NCBI RefSeq assembly: GCF_006345805.1
Contig: NC_042998.1
Span: 67,022,001 to 67,086,000 of the forward strand
DNA: 64,000 bases
From: Octopus sinensis
Lineage: Eukaryota
Direction of reading: 5' to 3'
The first letter of the stretch is position 1, and the number at the start of each line of letters is the position of its first letter. The translations under genes and the position numbers were made by a program. This document shows positions 14,930-26,960 of this stretch, one piece after another. Below the pieces are notes generated by a model. That model saw only the letters and a program-made list of their open reading frames with translations, had not been told where the DNA came from and did no database searches.

Positions 14930-14970
<41 letters not shown>

Positions 14971-16218
14971 GCAGATATACACACATATTCACAAACATGT
15001 ACACATATGCACACACACACATATATATATAGATACATACATAAATACATACATACATACATATATCATACATGCATTCACATAAACATTTCTGTAACAC
15101 GTAAAAAATATTTCCTTCAAAATTGTATTTCAAAAGCGTACATTAAAATGAGACATCCACATTGTATTCATATTGAATATAAGCTATATAGTTTATTGCA
15201 TATTATCTATAAATTATAAATGTTTTCTTAAATTTACTTTGGTGCATTTGAAAGTATAGATTCTATAAAAAAAAGCTTGAATTTATCTTCCATTTTTTAT
15301 AAGAGTATCTACTAAATAAAACCTCTTTTTTATAAATTTAAAAAAGATACATACGTATATGAATAACTGCGTGTGTATGTATGTATGCGTGTGTGTGAGG
15401 TGTGGTGTGTGTGTGTGTGTGTACTTACATTCACTCAGTCCTATTTCTGTTCGCGAGTTATTGTTCGTGCATGTGCCTGTGTGTGAGCATGTATGCAGGT
15501 TTTTTCTGCAGAAGGTGAAGCATAAATAAGCAGTGTATCTTCAGCAGGGGAAGCATCTCAACTTTTTTTAAAGTTTCGCTTTATCATACCAAAAGAAGCT
15601 AAATCTCAAAAGTTTACCAAGATAACATTTATAGTTAGTTCCACATTTCGTTGTCATGTATTCCCATTTTTTCACTGCGAATATTTACTGATATTAGAGT
15701 TTATCCTCCACAAATAAACGAATATCTCATCTCAGATTAGTGCCTATGGTATCTATAAAATCCATTTGATCAGTGTTTTTATTCTAATATATGCATACAT
15801 GAATACAAGCATATATATTTACGCACATCGTCTGCACATATACATGCATTCGATACATATCCATACCTGTGTATTATATTCTATGAAGAACAGTTTATAA
15901 AGCAGCTTCCGTTTAAGTTATTTTGAATGTGTTCACAAATATTTGCCATCCTTCATACTCCATATCACTAAAAGCTTACAACAACGGAAACACTGTTTCT
16001 TTGTTTACGGTCATTTTGATGCTTGTTATATCATAGATTGTTATTTCGTCGTTGCCGTTCATCAGGATTCAAATACTGGTAAGGGTTTTACTTGTTTATG
16101 AATTCGTAGTATATGGAAGTTTTGTTACGCGTACACACACACACACACACACACACATAATATACAGATATATATATATATATATAATATATATATATAT
16201 ATATACATATATATATGC

Positions 16219-16328
<110 letters not shown>

Positions 16329-17238
16329 GTATATTTAGTTTCTGTATAATATCTAAGTTTTGAAACATTTTTCACATCTGAAAATTTGACCTTGAAAAGT
16401 ATTATGATATTTACAAATAGAAAATTAAACAAAAAATGAAAATAATTCTATGTGCTGACGTAAGACACCAGAGTCCTGGCATGGTTCATATTAGGCAATT
16501 TGTTTGAATATTTAGGTTCATATGCAGACGTATCAAATTAATTGCCACTAAGTATAAACGTTTTAATTGTTGCGTCGCATAGACCTTGACATGAATTCTA
16601 CAACACAGCCATATTTACATCCGTATAGTCGTCATATATTCATTTCATTATGAGTAACGTTCTTCTGCTCCGTTTATGCGTACGCTTTCAGAGTGTATTC
16701 TATTTCTGTTCTACATTAAAAAGTAAAATCATTGTATGTAAATATGAGTAAATATGAGTAAGAAGTTTTCGTAGCTCAGCGGGAATTCACGTAGACATTA
16801 TATGTATAATTACGTATATGAACATTGCCTTGTCTATACCGGCCGAAACCTATCAAAGTTATTTCAATATATCTATATGTGTGTATGAATATAATTTCAC
16901 AGAAACATACCAGCTATTTTGTACATGAGTTTGTATCCATATATGATTCACTGTATCTCCATACACAGAAAATACAAACACTTATATATGTATTTATGCT
17001 TTTTGTGTGTGCATGAAGGTACATATATATGTATACACACATGCATATGTACATATTTATATACAAATATAGTTTCATATGTATCTGCATGCACATAAGC
17101 ACGTGCCTATATGTATATGTATGTGCATGTATGCATGGTATATTCGTATATATAGAAACACACGCACACACACACGCACACACACATACACACAAGCACA
17201 AGCACACATACACACACAGAGATATATAGGTAGGTAAG

Positions 17239-17377
<139 letters not shown>

Positions 17378-18207
17378 ATATACATAAACATTATCAAGCT
17401 TATTTAAAGCAGTTTGATTCAGCTTTACACCAGTAGGTTTCACATACTTCTTACAAAAAAAAAAAATACCTAACCCGTTGAGACTTCACGAATGGAGAGA
17501 TACAGCAAGTCCAAGATGTATGGTAGGATATATATTGTGTATTATGCAAATCAGAGTATTTCCCTAAATGCTAATCAGTTTCTCGCTGACATATGATTGC
17601 GACCGCACACATAGACACATACATTTATACACGCGCACACATATATAGATGTTACATTTATGGGTATACCATCTATATGTGTGTGTATCCCCATGTGCAT
17701 AAAACTCATCTATATTGTGTATATGTTTTGTACATACATGCATACATACCTACATACACACACACATATATAACTGTATGTGTTCCTTGAATTTCGATTT
17801 GAAAGTAGAACCACATAATTGAGTGAAACACTCTGATTATGTGTACCATAATAGTAAAAATATTACCTTTATTCATTGACATGATGTGTTCAGTAGAAAC
17901 GTCACCTTCATTCCTAATATATTTGTTGCAAATGCGACAGGAAGGCATGAACATATAGAATACTGAACATGAATGTGTAAATATGCAATACATATTCTGT
18001 CAAACTGTTTATATATAGATACACCGTTCCTGATTATCAAGTTGTTTTGGATAGTGGGAAACATTAGACACAAATATGTTTGAAGCCTCAATACATATAA
18101 ACTCTACATTATGTATTGAGCACCTATTTCATGTGAATATATATACAAACATATACATATGTTATATGGATACATACATACATACATGCACACACACACA
18201 CACACAC

Positions 18208-18297
<90 letters not shown>

Positions 18298-18525
18298 AAA
18301 TTAATGTACACAGTGTAAAGATGCGAGTTCGTAATAGTTTCTGACATTAGGGACGATGGCCAAGGCTGGTTTTCACAACACGCCTTTAATCTCCAAGCGA
18401 TGATCAAGCCCAAACCACCTGCTCTATTCAAAGTACGAAACAGGACACTGGTACAAGTGAAATAACGAGAAAAAGACGGGAAGCTGGTTGCAAAAAGTGT
18501 ATGGTAGAATGAAAAATATAAACGA

Positions 18526-18550
18526 TAGATAGATAGATTGATAGATAGAT

Positions 18551-18609
<59 letters not shown>

Positions 18610-18610
18610 C

Positions 18611-18694
<84 letters not shown>
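18526..18694. repeat. (GATA)n microsatellite
   Basis: Read directly from the sequence. Confidence 0.95.
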
Positions 18695-18695
<1 letters not shown>

Positions 18696-20398
18696 CGGGT
18701 ATACAACCTACATAATAATAATAGCAGTGCAATTCCAGTTTGTTTTGTATATGAAACAGCTTTTTCAATATTCTCACCAATAAAGATAGGGTTGGCTTAT
18801 ATTATATAGCAGAGGACAATGAAATCACGACACTTTCTCATAATTTACAATAAGGGGAAATTGTTGCTAATTATGTTAGGTTGGTTAAGTTTGTGGCTTA
18901 TATTTTACTTTGATAGACTGTGACTTATAATTTCTAAATAACACATTACTGTACTTGCCGCATTAATTCGCTTATTATCTCACGCATGTTATAACATTAA
19001 TTGGCACGTTCCCGTTTCTCTGTCTTTCTCTGTGCCCCCACTCATTTGTTTCATTATTTTTTCTTGTTCTTTTACAGTTACACGCTTCTTTCTTTGTTAT
19101 ATTCTTTCTCCTTTCTTTCTTCTATTCTTTCTTTGTCTCTGTTCTTTCTTTCTATTACTTCTTCGTCACTTTGATTATTTGGTGATCACTGGCGGGTTTT
19201 ATTTTCCCACTGCTCGTCTCTTTGATGTTTGCCTCTGTGCGTGCTCTAATGTTTATCGACTGAACACGAAAGATGAGTTTGGTTAATATTATTGAATCAT
19301 GACTTGACAATTGTTTAGTTAATTGAAATAATTGCTGGCCTGTTAGACCTTCTTGTCTTTGATGGTACGCAATAAGAGGAGATTCTTTGACATTTTACAT
19401 ACATTATTGCTACTAATTGCTTAATGATTTGTAGCCTGTGTCTTTCACTCAATCGTCTTTTTTATCAACTTTGATTACATACGTATTCGTTTATTATTAT
19501 TTTACAGAAGATCAGACATCACGTTTTATATCACAGTTGAATGTGTTGCCACCATTTTTATTGCACTATTTGTTAGTGTTGTTTATTGATATCAGCAGGC
19601 GCCATAATGCTGGATCTAACTTCGCAATAAATCAAATATGCCAGCAGATTTCAATAGAGATACGAGTGCAAGTCGACTATCTAGCATTCATGATTTTCTC
19701 ATGTAGTTATGAAAGCAGATTTGGAAAGATTTGCGATTTGCAATAAACTGTTATTTCCTGATAAACTATCGGCAAATTGAGTTTTACAAACAGCGCGTTG
19801 CGCAGATAACATTGCATGCCGTAGCAGTTGCTACGTTGCTATAATTTTGTCCTGATGCCCTTATTCCTTTTAACATGAAAGATGATGAAACATATATAAG
19901 ACAAAGTTTATTCGTGGCCATGTCAGCGAATCATTCTTCTTTTACCGAGCTGAGAGAAGTGATATTGGATTTCTCTACGATCAAACTGTACTATGGATGA
20001 AGGATTGCATTGCATAACGTAGTTCGAGATACCCTATCCCAGCTAAATTCTAATGCAATGAAAAGAAGAGGAGTTTAATATTTTAGGGAATGCGTGGCCT
20101 CAGAAACTAACAGTTGTAATACATTATATTTCAATAACATATCATATAACCATATCGAAACTCAAGAAATCAATGTTGGTTATTATGAGTTGTAGCACAT
20201 ACTGCAATATACGCATATATATCTTTAGACACACATATATCTACATACCATTTAAATATAAAGCCTCTCAAACTCTCTAACTTCTTACACATACAAACAC
20301 ACACACACACACACCTATATATATAAAGAAAGAGCCTTTTTCTAACCTAGAACCAAGGCTCTTTCAGTGGAATCTCAGAATCATCAACGGGGTATTTT

Positions 20399-20530
20399 TG
20401 TATGTATGTATGTATGTATGTATGTATGTATGTATGTATGTATGTATGTATGCATGTATGAATGTATGTACGTATGTATGCATGTATGAATGTATGTACA
20501 TATGTATGCATGCATGTTTGCACGCATATA
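20399..20530. repeat. (TATG)n microsatellite
   Basis: Read directly from the sequence. Confidence 0.9.
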
Positions 20531-20658
20531 TGTATGCATACATGTCCAGGAGTAAATTTGTATGTTTCGTTTTATGTATGTCTTCTCAAATAGATATACA
20601 TATATTTGTATATCTAGACTTGCTCATATATACATAAATAATAAACATCTGGTAAGTT

Positions 20659-21057
20659 TTACAGATTTTTTACTGTTCCAGTGATGGATCACATTTTTAT
20701 TGTTCGAATCAGCTTTCTTTCTTCTGGTTTTGTGAAGCCTAATTCCTCAAGATTGGTTACGTATTACGTTGTCCTGAACTTGAAATCTGGACAGAGTAAC
20801 TGCAAATTTTTCAATAGTTCAATGTAGATATATTCTTCTCTACTGATTTTTCGCTTCATGTTGACATCCGCTGGGCAGCTGATTTTCCCAGCAGAACACA
20901 GCTTCCCTTCTCTATCACAAATCATCATATCAGAGGTCTATTGAGTTTACATTCAATTGACGTTTTTCACTGGGAAATTCCACCAATATCCCTGTTTATT
21001 ATCAGTGATTATGGCTTCCACCATACTGTGCATTCAAGTCTTTGTTCTTGGGCATAT
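20659..21057 (-). mobile_element. Decayed C-terminal fragment of an RLE-type (R4/Dong-like) non-LTR retrotransposon
   Basis: Manual minus-strand translation gives MVEAIITDNKQGYWWNFPVK, a locally frameshifted TSIECKLNRP, then DMMICDREGKLCSAGKISCPADVNMKRKISREEYIYIELLKNLQLLCPDFKFRTT*YVTNLEELGFTKPEERKLIRTIKM*SITGTVKN. This matches from memory the RPD..(E)ISCP restriction-like endonuclease (PD-D/ExK) C-terminus. It has stops and frameshifts. Confidence 0.72.
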
Positions 21058-21100
21058 GTATATATGTATGTGTATACGTATGCGTGTATATATACATACG

Positions 21101-21173
<73 letters not shown>

Positions 21174-21177
21174 TATA

Positions 21178-21535
21178 CTTGCACTATGACCCGGCGTTGC
21201 CGGGTCATAGTGCTAGGCATGCATATACAGCTGCGTGCGTGCGCACATACACGCGAGTACTGTCCAAATCTTCGACCAATCACAATACAGCTAGCTGGCA
21301 TTCAATTGGCGTATAAAGTTTCGGGCACTTTGATTGGGTTTTGGATAGAAAAAAGTCACTTCTATCGATTTTTTAATAGCTTTGCGGGGTAACTGGGGAA
21401 ATGTAAAGATGTGTACATTCATCCTTGGACGGTTTTGAATGACCATAGAAAGTGCGAGCCCTCTAACGGAAAAATTGTGGATTTGTATAAAGGATACACA
21501 CACACAGATATTTTGCCGTTTATATATATATAAAG

Positions 21536-21536
<1 letters not shown>
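21178..21536 (-). mobile_element. Non-autonomous Helitron (Lep1-like architecture)
   Basis: The minus strand starts A|TCTTTATATATATATAAACGGC, followed by a (TG)-rich stretch. It ends with the GC-rich hairpin GACCCGGC-AAC-GCCGGGTC, then ATAGTG and CAAG|T (a CTAG variant). It is inserted between A and T with no TSD, inside a TA microsatellite. Confidence 0.72.
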
Positions 21537-21570
<34 letters not shown>

Positions 21571-21614
21571 ATATACACATACACAAATATACATATACAC
21601 ACACACATATGTAT

Positions 21615-21665
<51 letters not shown>

Positions 21666-21776
21666 TATATATATATAAATGGCTATATAAATACATAGAT
21701 AGATATTGTACGTATATACAGACACATACATACATTCATACATATATAGATAGATAGATAGATAGACATATATATC

Positions 21777-21836
<60 letters not shown>

Positions 21837-22783
21837 CACAAATATATGTGTGTGAGTGCGTATGTGCGTGCGCATGTTATTGTATAAAACAATAAAAAAG
21901 TTTACCTTCACGCATTCAATAATCTGACATTTCAGCTGAATGGGCTCAAATATGTTAGTCATTAAATGATATAATATGAAATTTGAACCTTTGTTGTTTC
22001 ACTTATGTTTAACCGATTGATTCATACCTATTAAGCAGTGGTTTCCCAAAGCAATTTTGCTTCAAATTTTCCTAATGCTGAAAGCAGCTAACTCATATGC
22101 GTTTCAGCGTGTGTGTACCTGCGTATGTGTGTGTCTGTGTGTGTGATACGTTTGTGTATGTATGTTTTATGTAAGCTATGCAATAAGAACGTTACAATAG
22201 TTTCATTTTATTGAAATACGGAACACAAAAGGGACATAATTGTTTCGCCATTTCATAGATTGATGTTAACGCCTCACAAAACACGTACCTAGTTTCATAC
22301 GCCGATTAATACGTTAGGTTACCCGTCATATAATGTAATAACAAAATATCCTAACTCATTAAGAAAAAGCCTGATTTGCACATGTACGTATTTGTGGAAT
22401 TGTGAATATATACACATTAACTTCCTTATTCGGTACACATTGTGAATCTGAAGAAATTAAATACCAAAAGTATTGAAAGTTTTATTCTCCGCTTAATAAA
22501 AAGGTAAACACATCCATTCCTTGCTACTGATGGGCAGAAAGAGAGACACGGGGTTTTTTGTTTGAAATTTCTGATTTTAGATAACTTCTTAGAGGTTCCC
22601 AGTGCTATCAATTGGCGAACGAAACTGGGTCTCTTTTCTTTGAAAACTGGTCATCGAAATGCGAAACGTGAAACTGTCCCTCAGAAGCTTCTTCCACTTT
22701 TTTACGTACATTAATGGCATATGTATGTATGTATGTATATATGAATGTACGTATGAATGTATGTATGAATGTATATATGTATG

Positions 22784-22859
<76 letters not shown>

Positions 22860-23213
22860 TATATATATATGTACAGTGAATTGCATGACACTGCATTTTC
22901 TACATATTGCAAGCGAGAATAACTGCCTCTCATGCTGGCGAACCATCACCAAGGAGATCCAATACATGTCAAAATCACGTAGTCAGGTGGTCTCAGGGTC
23001 GGGGGTGGTGGTTTATCTCCCACTTGAAACAAATGTCGAGTGTGAGAAGCTCAGTGGATAAACTACTTGGAGATAACATGTCCTCTCATAGCGGACAGCT
23101 ACGCTAAATTGGCCATAAACAATACTTATATATACACAAACAGTGGTACACACACACATATATATATATATATTTACACGCAATCATAAACACCACCCAC
23201 ACACGCATACATG

Positions 23214-23269
<56 letters not shown>

Positions 23270-23501
23270 CATATATATATATGTATGTATGACGGTGAAG
23301 GTAATATATATATTTCTTTCGCCATTTTCTGTATAGAATAAATATTCTTCAATTAATGACGCGTCGTTGATAACACGTTCTTCACGAAGGTAGTAAACTA
23401 ATTTAGTAATGATTTACACTATAGCTACTCTAGGATATAATTTGACGAAAATGGGAAGCCACATATCTTACATTCAATATGGACATCAGCAGCTGCTATT
23501 T

Positions 23502-23602
23502 TCTTTCGTTCGTTCAAATTAATGGTATGTGTGTGTGCACGAGCTTTATATATATATAAAGCTCGTGCACACACACATAGCATTATTGGAAAGAACGAAA
23601 GA
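23502..23602. repeat. Spacerless palindrome: perfect 54-bp core within about 100-bp imperfect inverted repeat
   Basis: 23526-23579 (tatgtgtgtgtgcacgagctttatata|tatataaagctcgtgcacacacacata) is its own reverse complement. The outer arms tctttcgttc...aatgg and gcatt...gaacgaaaga match imperfectly. Confidence 0.9.
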
Positions 23603-23963
23603 TTCGTCCTCAGTCGAAAGACACCTCTTGCAATATCCTTGTTATTTGTATTCGTAATTTTGTACCATGTTGTCTTTTTAGTTTTCCTTGCCGTATAGGT
23701 TCGCTAGCTTTCTTACAAGACAATCTAATATTCTTAGCTTAGACTTTGTGGAGGTGGGGGGCAACCAGATCGAAAAATCTCGAGTGTAACTGCCCAAAAC
23801 TGTAAGGACATTTGGTAAGTTGACTGAAGAAAGAACGCCAGGACTGACCCGTCGTTTTCTTTCCTTGTCCTTCTAATTGTTGTTTTTCCTGTTCATCTCT
23901 GTATCGCCTATCTGCCCGAATGTTTTTTTGTCCACTATTGCGATTTTGTTCCAATTCTATATA

Positions 23964-23997
<34 letters not shown>

Positions 23998-24022
23998 CAT
24001 ATATGCACACACACACACACAT

Positions 24023-24061
<39 letters not shown>

Positions 24062-24557
24062 ATTGTTGTTTTTCCTGTTCACCTCTGTATCGTCCAATCG
24101 TCCAGCATGGCCACTGAAAGAAGCAAATGATTAAAGTTGGGACGCATAATGAACAAGGCTTAAACTGTAATGCATTTTTCTAACCTCTTCTGTACTGATA
24201 CATAAATAATTACTATCGTACAGGTATTTCAATAAAACCGGTGTCATTGTATGATTATAGGTTTATATGTGTTTTTATATCTTAATATATTTCTTTATGC
24301 GTCAAAATATGAATTATTCAATGACAAATTTTCTCAAGTTTATATATAGACTTCCTGCTATAAATCTGAATTTCAGCCCTTTAATAATTAAAATTCTACT
24401 TCATAATCACTCGTGTCCATATGAAAAGGGCTAAATGCATTGAACCATGTCGTTACATATACAAACGTGATTTACAATCAAGCCGCTTCTACATCAGTTC
24501 TTTCATTTTAAAGATCGCATATGGCAGCAGAATTTCTTAATATACAGATGCTTCAAT

Positions 24558-24601
<44 letters not shown>

Positions 24602-26814
24602 GATCACATAAAATTGTGAAATATATGCATGTGTTATTATGTCATTATATATCCATAAACACATATATACAAATCTATCTATTCACGAGCCTACGAAAAT
24701 ACTTACACGGAACCAAGTCACACTGCTATTAAATAATTAATGTAACTCCCAGCTGATATATTGCATGCTACTTTCTTTTGTTTGTCCACTCATCTGCATA
24801 TATATATATATACGTATGTATGTATGTTTTGGATTTATGATATTAAGAAACCCTTTCTCCTGAAAATTGGTGGCTTTGAGCCTAAAAGAATGCGTATTTA
24901 TAAGCATACACAGAGAGTACATAGATTGCATTGTTGTCCTTTTCTTTTTAATATGACACACAATGAATCAAGAATGACTTGGCTACTATTTCTAGCTGTT
25001 AGAATGACAATGTTTGTTGAGAGTCCTGTGCCTTAATAAAAGGTGTAATCATTGTATGCATTTGTTAGTACTTTACATGAGATATGACAGGAAAATATTC
25101 AAAACATAAGGAAATGATCCAAATATTGTTATGTCTGATTGAAATCATACTCTGGAATCTCATTCATTCAACGTTATAAACATTGCATATTGTAGAGAAA
25201 ATCCTTTAAAATTTAGAAAGATATTGACAATATGTCATAAATATTCTTCTAAATGTAACAGGATTTCTATAAAAGACTTCGGTTAAGACTCAACAATCGT
25301 TTGTAATTCTCAAGGTTACGTCTACAACTTTATCCAATTCATCGTATGGAATAAATTCGACATATAGTAACCCTTTCTCTTGACAGATTGTCAATGTTCC
25401 TAGAAATATTTGACTGCAAATTCCGAGTGTTAATACAGTGTGTTGTGACATACGAAACTAAGCTAAACCCTTAAACTTCCAATGTATAATTCCCCATGTC
25501 ATAGTATGATAGGTGTTGTACTAAATTCGATCATTTTCTTTAACAAACAACAGATTTACGTTATTTATGAATTATAAAGCATTATCGAAAATATGACATC
25601 GTTGTATCCGGTTATTAAGGTTTTATGTTAGCAAAATACCTGTCTTCCGCTTCTTAATCAGCAGCAGTAGTTATATTTGGAGTAGGAGCGCGAGGGGAGG
25701 AGGTCGAATAGGAGGGGAGAAGGAGTAGCAGATAGTGGAGTTGCATCTGTCATTTCACCATAGGTCGATCACTGTTGAGCAGATCTATAATCAAAACTGT
25801 CGTACCCATAACCATTGCTTCTTTTCTTCCAGAATATACATTAACATTGCTATATCGAATCTAGTTTTATATAGCTTCACTTTCAAGACGGTATCCTATA
25901 TTCGTTAGAAAATTTGACTTCTATTCCAAGCATATTATAGAACCACATAGCTGGTCCTAGATACTTTTTTTGACGTTGTGATTGTTTACTAACTTAAACT
26001 GTAAACAAACCCGTACCCATCACGTCTTTTGCATAGACTTGACCAAATCACCTAATGTGCCCTTTCCCGTTTAAGGTGGTAGCGTTTGAATTGATGTAAC
26101 TCGGTTGCTATCTTTAGTAAATGTAATGATCAGGTACAGGTTTGTGGAAATGGTCTAAGCTGAGAGGAAAGAACTCAGCAGGCAACATCTTAATTTTAAT
26201 TTCAAGACGTCGAGTATTTAATTACTGTAACTCAATGTTAATTACTATATATTAAAGTGAATTGCATCAAATAACTTAATTATGTTGCTGTCTTAATTAG
26301 AATCAGCTGATTTCTACACATAATTCTTCACATTACGATAATCTATATCCGCAATTCCGAACCCAGAAGAAAACTTAAGATTCTTGAAGGGAAATTGTTT
26401 TCCTTTTTCCCTTATTTTCTTAAAATAATCTTTTTATTCTTCATGATTTTGTCGGATGTATTTTCCTTAAAATTGATTTGAATGATGTTGATGTGAAATT
26501 ATTCTAAGAGTGGTAAACTTATAGCAATAAACCGTGTATTATATACAGCACAAATTTTGTCATATCACGTTTGGATGCGGAGAAACGTAATGGCAAATAA
26601 ATAATTTATGTTCTAGTAAGGAGTGAATGCAGCGCCTATGCTGCCTTAGAGGTTCTCTGAGAGTACTGGGAGCAGGAGCTGAATGAGTGTGCAGATCGGA
26701 AACCTGGTGTGAGTGCTTAGATTTTTTTTAACTGGGCAATTGATTTAATTTACTGTCCAACTAAATTGGAACACAGAATCCAAAAGCATTCTAGCATTTC
26801 CTTCATACCAGTAA

Positions 26815-26960
26815 CCTGGAATAGTACTTTTTACCTTTCACAACAAGGTGAAAGGCAAATGTGACCTAGGCAGGATTTGATCTCGCAGTGTAGAGTTTCG
26901 CATCAAATAAGAGAAGGCATTACGTCTAACGTCGCACTGACATTACCAATTCGCCACCTA
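26815..26960 (-). mobile_element. SINE family 3, diverged
   Basis: tgaaaggcaaatgtgacctaggcaggatttgatctc...ccaattcgccaccta matches family 3 in reverse orientation. Confidence 0.5.

Noticed and set aside
22441-22495. CTGAAGA...GAAA motif; other CTGANGA hits at about 8270, 32240, 32548 and 56441
   Set aside because: No coherent stems I and III, or no downstream GAAA.
22880-23115. GC-richer stretch, with a similar one at 10930-11100, suspected to be LINE 5' fragments
   Set aside because: No second copy in the window and no translatable motif, so it cannot be supported from the sequence alone.
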